Shown here piece by piece: positions 35,163 to 43,628 of a DNA stretch of 64,000 bases (its first letter is position 1; the number at the start of each line of letters is the position of its first letter). A program made the position numbers and the translations under genes. The stretch lies in the NCBI GenBank assembly GCA_003599595.1, contig QZIP01000015.1, positions 4,379 through 68,378 on the forward strand, written 5' to 3'. Origin of the DNA: Candidatus Parcubacteria bacterium (GTDB lineage Bacteria > Patescibacteriota > Microgenomatia > Levybacterales > GWA1-39-11). The notes under the pieces are model-generated. The model did no database searches, was not told the origin of the DNA, and saw nothing but the letters and a program-made list of their open reading frames with translations.

Positions 35163-36857
35163 ATGAAAAATATGAGACAACCGTTTGCGTGGTTAAATAA
35201 GAACAGCTGTAAATTCCTGAGTCGTGAGTATTTATCTGAAGGAGTAACCCCTGAAGAACGTATTTTAGCTGTTGCAAAGCACGCTGAGAATCTTCTAAAT
35301 AAAGACGGTTTTGCTGACAAGTTTTATGATTATATGGGTAAGGGATATTACTCTTTATCTACTCCTGTATGGGCTAATTTTGGTTTGAAAAAAGGACTTC
35401 CCATTAGTTGTTTTTCATCACATATATGCGATGATATGCCAGATATTCTATATACTGTAGCTGAAGCAGGGATGTTTAGCAAATTTGGTGGGGGAACCGC
35501 AGGTTACATAGGTGATGTGAGAGGTCGTGGCAAAGAAATCACAGATAATGGAGTATCCTCTGGGGCTGTTCATTTTTTACAGCTGTTCGAAACACTTGTA
35601 AATGTAGTTAGTCAAGGATCAACCAGAAGAGGTCATTTTTCACCATATCTTCCAATTGAACATTCAGATATAGAAGAATTTCTTGAGATAGGCACTGAAG
35701 GAAATCCAATTCAAAAGCTTACTCATGGTGTGACGGTAACGGATAAGTGGATGCAGGAGATGATTGATGGTGATTCAAAGAAAAGATCTATTTGGGCAAA
35801 ACTGTTGCAAAGCAGAGTTGAAGTTGGTTATCCATATGTATTTTGGAATGATAATGTAAACCAAAATACAGTTGATGTATATAAGGATAAAAACATTCCG
35901 ATTAGACATAGTAATATGTGTTCGGAAATTATGTTACCAACTAATGAGGATTGGTCGTTCGTATGTTGTCTCTCTTCTATGAACTTGTTGTATTATGATG
36001 AATGGAAAGATACTGACGCAGTTGAAACTTTGGTCTACTTCTTGGATTCAGTCATGGAGGAGTTTATCCAAAGGCTTGAATCAATGAGGGATAGTCCTCA
36101 ACGCGATAAGCAAATGGCTTTTCATTTTATGAGAAAAGCTTACAAGTTTGCTGTTGATAATAGAGCATTAGGATTAGGTGTTCTTGGTTGGCATTCTTAT
36201 CTTCAATCCAAGATGATTCCATTTGAAAGCAAAGAAGCCAAAACAGAGAATGTGAAAATATTCAAACTGATTCAAGAGAGATCATACGCTGCTTCAAAGC
36301 AATTAGCAGTAGAATATGGTGAGCCTCCATTACTTAAAGGTTATGGCAGACGTAATAGTACGCTTAATGCAGTAGCTCCTACTACTTCTTCTTCGTTCAT
36401 ATTAGGTCAAGTGTCGCAAGGTATAGAGCCATTCCTTTCAAATTGTTGTGTTCAAGATCTAGCTAAAATGAAGATAACGTTTAAGAATCCTTTTTTGAAA
36501 GACCTGTTGGAAGAGAAAGGTCAAAATACAAAAGAGGTTTGGGATTCTATTAGAAACAAAGATGGTTCTGTTCAGCATTTGAGCTTCTTATCAGATCATG
36601 AAAAGGATGTATTTAAGACGTTTTCTGAGATAGATCAAATTGCTATAATTGATCAAGCAGCATCTAGGCAGCAATATATAGATCAAGGTCAATCGCTTAA
36701 TCTTATGATTAATCCCAAGATGCCAACAAAGGACATTAACGCATTGTACATATTTGCATGGAAGTCTGGTATTAAGACTTTGTATTATCAGCATAGTACA
36801 AATGCAGCTCAGCAGTTCAGTCAATCTAAAATGTGTATAGGCAGTTGTGAAGCATAA
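35163..36857 (+). CDS. nrdA: ribonucleotide reductase large subunit (NrdA-like, no ATP-cone)
   Basis: SNMCSEIMLPT active-site Cys loop and a C-terminal CIGSCEA redox tail. Confidence 0.85.
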   Translation: MKNMRQPFAWLNKNSCKFLSREYLSEGVTPEERILAVAKHAENLLNKDGFADKFYDYMGKGYYSLSTPVWANFGLKKGLPISCFSSHICDDMPDILYTVAEAGMFSKFGGGTAGYIGDVRGRGKEITDNGVSSGAVHFLQLFETLVNVVSQGSTRRGHFSPYLPIEHSDIEEFLEIGTEGNPIQKLTHGVTVTDKWMQEMIDGDSKKRSIWAKLLQSRVEVGYPYVFWNDNVNQNTVDVYKDKNIPIRHSNMCSEIMLPTNEDWSFVCCLSSMNLLYYDEWKDTDAVETLVYFLDSVMEEFIQRLESMRDSPQRDKQMAFHFMRKAYKFAVDNRALGLGVLGWHSYLQSKMIPFESKEAKTENVKIFKLIQERSYAASKQLAVEYGEPPLLKGYGRRNSTLNAVAPTTSSSFILGQVSQGIEPFLSNCCVQDLAKMKITFKNPFLKDLLEEKGQNTKEVWDSIRNKDGSVQHLSFLSDHEKDVFKTFSEIDQIAIIDQAASRQQYIDQGQSLNLMINPKMPTKDINALYIFAWKSGIKTLYYQHSTNAAQQFSQSKMCIGSCEA

Positions 36858-36865
36858 AGGGGTTA

Positions 36866-37096
36866 TTGATGGGATATGCTAGAGAAAACTTTGTTCCTGA
36901 TTTTGGTAATATAGATTTGGCCCAGGAGTTCACGATCGTTACAAAGCCTGTTAAATCAAAAACTCAAGGTGAGTTTGTGTATGTTTTGCCTGATGATCCA
37001 GAATTAATAGTGTGTAACTTAAACGGATTGTCATTTACAATGAGACTCAATGGTCCTAAAAAGAATCCTTTTTACAAAGAATTTCATGACAAGTGA
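36866..37096 (+). CDS. hypothetical small protein ending in KKNPFYKEFHDK
   Basis: ORF with the C-terminal NPFY motif. Confidence 0.5.
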   Translation: MMGYARENFVPDFGNIDLAQEFTIVTKPVKSKTQGEFVYVLPDDPELIVCNLNGLSFTMRLNGPKKNPFYKEFHDK

Positions 37097-37268
37097 AGAA
37101 ATATTGTTTGAATGCGAAGAGCGAATGGAGAAGGTAGTTCAGATGTTTTCAGATGAATTAAGAGGTCTGAGGATTCCTCCAAAGTCAGGTGAAATAAAAA
37201 TAGATTTAGATATGGTTAGAAGATATATTCATTATTTAGACACTAATAATAACTTAGGGAGATCTTAA
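37086..37268 (+). CDS. small protein with ribosome-recycling-factor-like N-terminal segment
   Basis: MTSEEILFECEERMEKVVQMFSDELRGLR resembles the RRF N-terminus (E-x-RM-x-K-x-V...LxxxR). Only 60 aa long. Confidence 0.35.
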   Translation: MTSEEILFECEERMEKVVQMFSDELRGLRIPPKSGEIKIDLDMVRRYIHYLDTNNNLGRS

Positions 37269-37562
37269 ATGGACGCAAAAGACGTCAAATATATGAATGA
37301 AGATTTTGAAGAAGCAGTTAAATCTTCAAAAGAGAATTTTGACGATTGGCAGGAACGTTTTGGAAAAAATACGTATGGATCGCATGAGTTGATGGATAGG
37401 GTATATGTGTTATATGAAAATTGGGAAACTTATGTTCTTTCTCATCCTACTACCTCTCTAGACAAGTCGCTTTATGAAAAGGCTTGGAAGATAAATAAAG
37501 CCATGGCTGATTTCTATCAAGAGGTTGGAAGATGGGATTGTCCTGAAGAGGAGAAAAAATGA
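37269..37562 (+). CDS. hypothetical protein
   Basis: TAAATG-coupled ORF. Confidence 0.5.
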   Translation: MDAKDVKYMNEDFEEAVKSSKENFDDWQERFGKNTYGSHELMDRVYVLYENWETYVLSHPTTSLDKSLYEKAWKINKAMADFYQEVGRWDCPEEEKK

Positions 37563-37837
37563 GATCTGTATTGTTAGTTATTAGAGCTGATTTTGGTACT
37601 TATTTTGCTATAGAAATGATGTTGCATGAAGCTTTGGATATTATTTCTAAACATAAGGATTCAAAACTTCCTAAAATCCTTTCTGGAACAACACCAAACG
37701 GTGGTGCTTGGAGTGTTGAATCTAGTAAGATTACGTTAATGCATACGCAAGAAATAGATAGAACAGCTATGTCGCAACAGCAACAATCACCAATAGGTAC
37801 TTTACCCCTAATTAATTGGAAGGGGTCTGGAATTTAA
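37559..37837 (+). CDS. hypothetical protein
   Basis: ATGA-coupled ORF. Confidence 0.5.
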   Translation: MRSVLLVIRADFGTYFAIEMMLHEALDIISKHKDSKLPKILSGTTPNGGAWSVESSKITLMHTQEIDRTAMSQQQQSPIGTLPLINWKGSGI

Positions 37838-37850
37838 ATGGAGATGTGGA

Positions 37851-38528
37851 ATGAATGCTAAGGATCGTGAAAAGTTAATTATGGATAATACTGGTGTTGT
37901 AGGAATTGTGGCTAAAAAAGCCTGGGGATTAAACTATGTTAGAAAGTCTTTAGGTACTTTTGAAGATGCATTCCAGATAGGAATGGTCGGTTTATGTAAG
38001 GCAGCAGATAAATTTGATCCAACCAGGTTGGTCCAAAAAGGACCAACTAAAGGTAAGCCAGTCAAGTTTGGATCTTATGCTGGTATTACGGTATGGAATG
38101 AAATTACTCGGACAGCCATTTCAAATAGCATAATTGCTTTGCCTGAAATAATAGCCAAAAAGAAGAAAAATGCAAATTTAAAATATGAAGAACTGGCCAA
38201 AAAGGCACTAAGCACTAGGTATATTGAAGATGTACAAATAGATCCTAGAGACAGAAGATCTCTTTCAGTTCCAGATAAAATTCATAATAGAGAAGTATTT
38301 TCTATATTGAATGAGCATATTTCTAAGCTAGATGATAGACAACAAAGGGTAATCAAAACTTATTTTCATTTCCCTGGTTTCAAAGGTCCGGGATGTGATT
38401 TAAGTGCTGATCTGGGTATCACAAGACAAAGAGTTCAACAAGTCAAATGTGAAGCCATTTTAAAACTTAAAAAGAGTTTAGAATCATCATTAATTGAGGA
38501 GTTGTATTGTATCAATGCTAACTATTAA
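37851..38528 (+). CDS. sigma-70 family RNA polymerase sigma factor
   Basis: Region 2-like FEDAFQIGMVGLCKAADKFDP and a region 4 HTH, LGITRQRVQQVKCEAILKLKK. Confidence 0.8.
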   Translation: MNAKDREKLIMDNTGVVGIVAKKAWGLNYVRKSLGTFEDAFQIGMVGLCKAADKFDPTRLVQKGPTKGKPVKFGSYAGITVWNEITRTAISNSIIALPEIIAKKKKNANLKYEELAKKALSTRYIEDVQIDPRDRRSLSVPDKIHNREVFSILNEHISKLDDRQQRVIKTYFHFPGFKGPGCDLSADLGITRQRVQQVKCEAILKLKKSLESSLIEELYCINANY

Positions 38529-40410
38529 TCGATCTCCTGGTACTAAAATATTGGAACTTGGAGGAGGCAGCCGTCCTCAAGTTCATCCCACCTGTTTGGG
38601 TGGTAGTGATATACATATTGACGCTAGACAATGTCATACACCTGATGGTAGAAACACCGTTGATAAAGAGCATGATTTAACAGTATTTCCATGGCCAGTT
38701 AATGATAATGAATTTGATGGTGTTATTTCTATTTTTTGTTTAGAACACTGTCCATATACTAAGACATTACAGTTTTTGAAAGAGTCTTTCAGAGCTTGTA
38801 AACCAGGTAGTAAGGTTTTGTTTATTATCCCTAACACTGAAAAACAAGTTCAGTGGATATTAAATAATCCAAATGGTTGGGACGGTAAAGATTTTTTCAC
38901 TAGCGCAAGTGAGAAGCTGTTTGGTTCTCAAGATGATTCAGTGAAGGAACAAGAGGTGTTCAAAGGTTCCTTTCATGCTGCTTATTTTAATCCAATAACT
39001 GTTAATGATTTGTTTCAAAAAGCTGGTTTTGAGAGCATAGTAATTAAACCATATGGAACAAGGGAAACAGATATGGCAGTTGAAGCTATCAAACCAGTAA
39101 ACGTAAATACACCTGTAGCTCAGAGCCAACAAGAGCAGCTGGCCGGTAACCAGAAGGTCGGGGAGGGGGATAACGAAGGCCAAGTGATTTCTCCCGTGGC
39201 GACCCCCCAGGTGACATACAATGGTCCAAATGTTGCTAGTTTGACATCTGAACAAAGAGCATTATTGTTTAATAGTAAGTATTTTGACAAATATCCAGGT
39301 AGTAAATTGGGTTATTATTGGGATGATCCCCATCATGACATAGTGTTTAGAAAAGTATTGGAACACAAACCAGAAAGTGTACTTGAACTTGGGTGTGGTC
39401 GTGGGTACATACTTAAAAGAATAGAAGATGTTGGAATTAATTGCGTTGGGTTTGATATATCTAAACATGTTAAATTAACTAAAGTTTCCAGTAGAGTGTT
39501 TACTCATGATGTGTTAACAGGGTTTGCTGGAATAGAGCTAGATAAAGGACATGATTTGTGTTTTAGTTTTAGGTTTTTGGAATATGTACCTGAAGAACAT
39601 ATTCCAAGTTTGGTTAAGGAAATGGAAAGAACGTGCAAGAGAGGTTTACATGGAATTACATTTGCAGGACAGGAAGACGGTGTAGATTCATTAAGATGTA
39701 CATTAAAAACTAGAGAGTGGTGGCAGGGTGTTCTCCCTCAAGGACATAGTGTATACTCCATTGCTGAAATGCAACAAGGAAATCTTGATCCTAGATATGT
39801 TGCTGGAGATGGTAGAACTAAAGTTAATGTTGGTTGTGCTTGGACCATGTTCCATAATGGGTGGGATAATATTGATATTATAGATGTTGCCGGTTTTGCT
39901 GGTGGGTATGTATACAAGTACAAGCAACATGATGCTAAAACTGGTTTACCTTATGGAACAGGAATTGTTGATCTGATTTATACAAGTCATTTCTTGGAAC
40001 ACATTAGTTATGAAGAGGGATTAACATTCCTACGTAGTTGTAGAAGAGTGATTCGTCCAGATGGTGGAATGAGAATTTTGGTACCAGATGCTGAACTCCT
40101 TAATAGAATGTATCTTAAGCCATATGATCAGTTTAATGGAAACGTGTTGAGTGATTTTGATGAAATAAATGGCAATTGTGCTAAAGCGACCACTCCTGCT
40201 GGTAAGATGTGGTCTTTATTACACGAGAATCATAAGTGTTGTTATGATGCAGATACACTTTGTAATATGTTAGTAGACGCTAAGTGGGAACCCAAGGTGT
40301 CTCAGTTTAGAACAGCTATGTTCCCTCCAATTGAACAAATATTGAAGGAAACAGTAGAAATGAGCTACGGATTCTCATTGTTTATTGATGCTGTACCAGC
40401 TAAGAACTAA
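38518..40410 (+). CDS. multi-domain SAM-dependent methyltransferase (at least two, possibly three class I MT modules)
   Basis: ILELGGGSRP and VLELGCGRGY motif-I boxes, plus a third MT_11-like C-terminal module (SHFLEHISYEEG). A GC-rich linker spans 39110-39215. Confidence 0.65.
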   Translation, partial: LTINRSPGTKILELGGGSRPQVHPTCLGGSDIHIDARQCHTPDGRNTVDKEHDLTVFPWPVNDNEFDGVISIFCLEHCPYTKTLQFLKESFRACKPGSKVLFIIPNTEKQVQWILNNPNGWDGKDFFTSASEKLFGSQDDSVKEQEVFKGSFHAAYFNPITVNDLFQKAGFESIVIKPYGTRETDMAVEAIKPVNVNTPVAQSQQEQLAGNQKVGEGDNEGQVISPVATPQVTYNGPNVASLTSEQRALLFNSKYFDKYPGSKLGYYWDDPHHDIVFRKVLEHKPESVLELGCGRGYILKRIEDVGINCVGFDISKHVKLTKVSSRVFTHDVLTGFAGIELDKGHDLCFSFRFLEYVPEEHIPSLVKEMERTCKRGLHGITFAGQEDGVDSLRCTLKTREWWQGVLPQGHSVYSIAEMQQGNLDPRYVAGDGRTKVNVGCAWTMFHNGWDNIDIIDVAGFAGGYVYKYKQHDAKTGLPYGTGIVDLIYTSHFLEHISYEEGLTFLRSCRRVIRPDGGMRILVPDAELLNRMYLKPYDQFNGNVLSDFDEINGNCAKATTPAGKMWSLLHENHKCCYDADTLCNMLVDAKWEPKVSQFRTAMFPPIEQILKETVEMSYGFSLFIDAVPAKN

Positions 40411-40431
40411 CTCTAACAAAGGTAGTCAAAG

Positions 40432-41706
40432 ATGACTAGGTTTGATGGGGTGCTTCGTCCATATAGTACCGACCAAGTAAGAAAATTACAAGGGTCTTTG
40501 TTAGAAAATCATTCTTATGCTAATCTTGTAGCAGAGAAATTATGGAAGAAGTTGAATGAAGAAAATTATGTACATGCGCTTGGTGCTGTAACTGGCAATC
40601 AAGCAATGCAGATGGTCAGGGCTGGATTATCTGCTATATACTGTTCTGGTTGGCAAGTAGCTGCAGATAACAATGATTCACTTCAAATGTATCCAGATCA
40701 ATCATTGTATGCTGTTAACAGCGTGCCAATGCTAGTAAGGCGAATTAATAATTGTCTACGAAGAGCGGATCAAATTGAATGGATGGAAAATAATGTTACT
40801 AAAGATTGGTTTGTTCCGATTGTAGCAGATGCAGAGGCTGGATTTGGCGGTCCATTGAATGTGTTTGAGTTAATGAAGTCTATGATAGAGGCAGGGGCAG
40901 CCGGAGTTCATTTTGAGGATCAACTAGCTTCTGCTAAGAAGTGTGGTCACATGGGTGGGAAAGTATTAATCCCTACCTCTCAATTTATAAAGACATTAGT
41001 AGCTGCTAGATTAGCAGCTGATGTATGTAATACTTCTACTATTATCATTGCTAGAACTGATGCTGATAGCGCTAAGTTGTTGACATCTGATATAGATCCT
41101 ATTGATAGACCGTTTATAAAACGCAAAGATACTTCATTGGAAGGTAACTTTGGCGACACATTAATTAGATCAGAAATATGTAGAACTGAAGAAGGATTTT
41201 ATGAAATAACTGGTGGTTTGGATATGGCCATAGCTAGGGGATTGGCATATGCTCCTTATGCTGATTTAATTTGGTGTGAGACTTCTACTCCTTCAATAGA
41301 AGGAGCTAAGAAGTTTGCGGATGCTATTCATGAGAAGTTCCCAGGTAAATTATTAGCGTATAATTGCAGTCCTAGTTTCAACTGGAAAAAATATCTGAGT
41401 AATAGTGAGATGTATGAATTCCAAATGAAATTGGGTGAATTAGGTTACAAATTCCAATTCATTACTCTCGCAGGGTTTCATTCATTAAATTACAGTATGT
41501 TTGAATTATCTAGGAAATACAAATATTTAGGTATGACTGCTTATTCAGAATTACAAAGTGATGAGTTTCTTTCTGAAAGGAGTAATGGTTACACAGCAGT
41601 TAAACACCAAAGAGAAGTGGGAACAGGCTATTTTGACGCAGTGATGGAGACAATAGGATCATCATTAACTGCATTAGGTGAATCAACTGAAACGGCACAG
41701 TTTTAG
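40432..41706 (+). CDS. aceA: isocitrate lyase
   Basis: The KKCGHMGGK signature, with length and flanking motifs (SGWQVAA, ARTDA) typical of ICL. Confidence 0.85.
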   Translation: MTRFDGVLRPYSTDQVRKLQGSLLENHSYANLVAEKLWKKLNEENYVHALGAVTGNQAMQMVRAGLSAIYCSGWQVAADNNDSLQMYPDQSLYAVNSVPMLVRRINNCLRRADQIEWMENNVTKDWFVPIVADAEAGFGGPLNVFELMKSMIEAGAAGVHFEDQLASAKKCGHMGGKVLIPTSQFIKTLVAARLAADVCNTSTIIIARTDADSAKLLTSDIDPIDRPFIKRKDTSLEGNFGDTLIRSEICRTEEGFYEITGGLDMAIARGLAYAPYADLIWCETSTPSIEGAKKFADAIHEKFPGKLLAYNCSPSFNWKKYLSNSEMYEFQMKLGELGYKFQFITLAGFHSLNYSMFELSRKYKYLGMTAYSELQSDEFLSERSNGYTAVKHQREVGTGYFDAVMETIGSSLTALGESTETAQF

Positions 41707-41716
41707 TAGATAAATT

Positions 41717-41803
41717 ATGATAGTTTTTACTATTTATATTTTGTTACTGGTGATTTCCGCTTTATTGGGTATTGTAGTGATGGAATGGATTTATAGAAAT
41801 TAG
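41717..41803 (+). CDS. 28-aa hydrophobic peptide (not in ORF track)
   Basis: MIVFTIYILLLVISALLGIVVMEWIYRN*. Confidence 0.3.
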   Translation: MIVFTIYILLLVISALLGIVVMEWIYRN

Positions 41804-41819
41804 CGAATTATTTATTCAT

Positions 41820-41846
41820 AAAACTTTTTATTGAGTTCAACGTCTA
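41820..41846 (+). promoter_or_regulatory. conserved bipartite promoter-like motif, copy 3
   Basis: ttcatAAAACtttttattgagttcAACGTCTAgtttttagg. Confidence 0.5.
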
Positions 41847-41871
41847 GTTTTTAGGTTAAGGTATAGGAAAT

Positions 41872-42201
41872 ATGGGCAATTATTATACGGGTTGGACCAG
41901 TTTTATGCCACGGCCTGGTACCGTGGATAAAAAGGATTGTCCTGTGTGTGGGGTGGGGATGAAGGTAAAAAGAAACTGTAACGGACCTACATCTTCTATT
42001 GGTGCTCAATTTGGACAAAAAACTCTCCATGATTGGTTTTATTGTGAAGATTCTGATTCAAATTGGCATATACAAGCAATGAAATTGATGCAAGAGGCTG
42101 AAAAAACTCCCAGTATGGATTTACAAAAGATTTATGAGAAGGAGATAGCAAGGATTCTTAAAAATAAGAAAGCGACTAAGAAGGTATCTAAACACTTTTA
42201 A
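41872..42201 (+). CDS. hypothetical protein (zinc-ribbon-like CPVCG)
   Basis: First ORF after promoter motif 3. Confidence 0.55.
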   Translation: MGNYYTGWTSFMPRPGTVDKKDCPVCGVGMKVKRNCNGPTSSIGAQFGQKTLHDWFYCEDSDSNWHIQAMKLMQEAEKTPSMDLQKIYEKEIARILKNKKATKKVSKHF

Positions 42202-42214
42202 CAAGGAGTTAGTA

Positions 42215-42526
42215 ATGGCAAGGGAATTGACTGAGCAAGAGTGTCGTGATTTGTTTTTGGAGAAGGTGCGTTCTTATGTTGAATATTGGGAAAACGAATC
42301 ACGTACTCCGGACTTGCGTGGTAAGTTGGAAGGTCTTGCTTTTTCCATGATGGCCATTATAGATGGTTGTGCAGATGGACTGCCAGGATTCTCACTAACT
42401 CCTTGTCCTCATCCCCAAGATAAGGAATTCCATCAAGAACACAATGAAAATTGGTGGCCAGAAAGCGATTGCGATATCGGTGGCACCTTACATGAAGAAA
42501 TCTTTTCAGAAAAGGTAATGTCATGA
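42215..42526 (+). CDS. hypothetical protein
   Basis: AAGGAG RBS upstream. Confidence 0.55.
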   Translation: MARELTEQECRDLFLEKVRSYVEYWENESRTPDLRGKLEGLAFSMMAIIDGCADGLPGFSLTPCPHPQDKEFHQEHNENWWPESDCDIGGTLHEEIFSEKVMS

Positions 42527-42738
42527 CCGAAGATAAGTTTCCAGAAATAGGTAGTAGATTTGTACCTAAAGATGCTCCTCCAAAGGGAGCAGAAGTTAGG
42601 GAAGTAACGAAGAATCTTAAGAAGTCTGATGGATATGTAACAGATGCTGTTAGTTCTAAACCTGTGAAAAATATTCAAAATCCGAGTACTAATTTTATTC
42701 CATTGAGTGATTTCAATAAGAACTACAAATTGATTTAG
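42523..42738 (+). CDS. hypothetical protein
   Basis: ATGA-coupled ORF. Confidence 0.5.
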   Translation: MTEDKFPEIGSRFVPKDAPPKGAEVREVTKNLKKSDGYVTDAVSSKPVKNIQNPSTNFIPLSDFNKNYKLI

Positions 42739-42768
42739 TGTTTTGTAATTTTATCAAAGGAGTTTTAA

Positions 42769-43266
42769 ATGGCTGCTGCTAAGAAAGAAGAGAATGACGT
42801 TGTTGAGATTAAGAAGAATCCTGTAGATCCTTCCAAGATCAAAAAGAATGATTTGATGTATTTTGTGTATGCTGGTTTTGTTGAGCAGATTGAAAGGTCG
42901 GGTACTTTGTTGGGTGTAAAGTGGGTAGATAAGCCTGAAGGCTTCCGAGTTGATGGTAAGGAATTGGTGGTTAATGCGTATTCCGCTGATCAGTATACTG
43001 AGGAAAAGAAGGTTAATCAGACCGAATGTATTGATCGTTTGATGGTTAGTTTTAACCGGCCATTTACTGTTTGTTGGGATACTAAGGATACTGAAAACCG
43101 CGAACTCCGTGGCAAGTTGATCAGTTCTGATCCCAAGCGTGGTTATAGTATGGTGGAAGATATGGATGTTGATGGTCCAGCCTACAAGCGTATCCGCCAG
43201 GTTGATCACCGCACTCTTCATTGGTTAATTGTGGACGGTACCAAGTTTGTAGTTGGTAGGAAGTAA
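42769..43266 (+). CDS. hypothetical protein (probably abundant; strong RBS, less AT-rich codons)
   Basis: AAAGGAG RBS upstream. Codon usage differs from the neighbouring genes. A long hairpin region follows. Confidence 0.6.
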   Translation: MAAAKKEENDVVEIKKNPVDPSKIKKNDLMYFVYAGFVEQIERSGTLLGVKWVDKPEGFRVDGKELVVNAYSADQYTEEKKVNQTECIDRLMVSFNRPFTVCWDTKDTENRELRGKLISSDPKRGYSMVEDMDVDGPAYKRIRQVDHRTLHWLIVDGTKFVVGRK

Positions 43267-43353
43267 CCAAACAAACAACAAACGGACTAAAAGGGAAGAA
43301 GTCGGACAAAATAGCCGATGATCTTGAGGAAGTAACTCCTCCTGTTTGTTGGT
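43266..43353 (+). promoter_or_regulatory. long-range stem (ACCAAACAAACA / TGTTTGTTGGT) enclosing two hairpins
   Basis: Complementary arms lie about 65 nt apart, between a CDS and tRNA-Leu. This could be a terminator or a processing structure. Confidence 0.3.
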
Positions 43354-43355
43354 AT

Positions 43356-43438
43356 GGCATTGTGGCGGAATAGCAGACGCGCTGGTCTCAAGAACCAGTT
43401 TCCGAAAGGAAGTGTGGGTGCAACTCCCACCAATGCTA
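43356..43438 (+). tRNA. tRNA-Leu (anticodon CAA), type II
   Basis: Acceptor GGCATTG/CAATGCT. Anticodon arm CTGGT-CTCAAGA-ACCAG. Long variable arm TTTCC-gaaa-GGAAG. T arm GTGGG-TGCAACT-CCCAC. Confidence 0.7.
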
Positions 43439-43457
43439 CTAAATATTGGAGAATATT

Positions 43458-43628
43458 ATGAATGAATTTGAAGAGTGGTGGAAGAACAATGGAGAAAATG
43501 TTGCATTCATGGTGTCTATAGAATGGGGAGTGCCTGAAGATGTGTTTAAAAAGATAGCTCAAAAAGCTTGGGATGCTGCTAGAGTTGGTGAATATGATGG
43601 TGTAATTCCTCCTCGGAGTGATAAATGA
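43458..43628 (+). CDS. hypothetical small protein
   Basis: An ATG after a GGAGA RBS. This start avoids overlap with the tRNA. Confidence 0.5.
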   Translation: MNEFEEWWKNNGENVAFMVSIEWGVPEDVFKKIAQKAWDAARVGEYDGVIPPRSDK

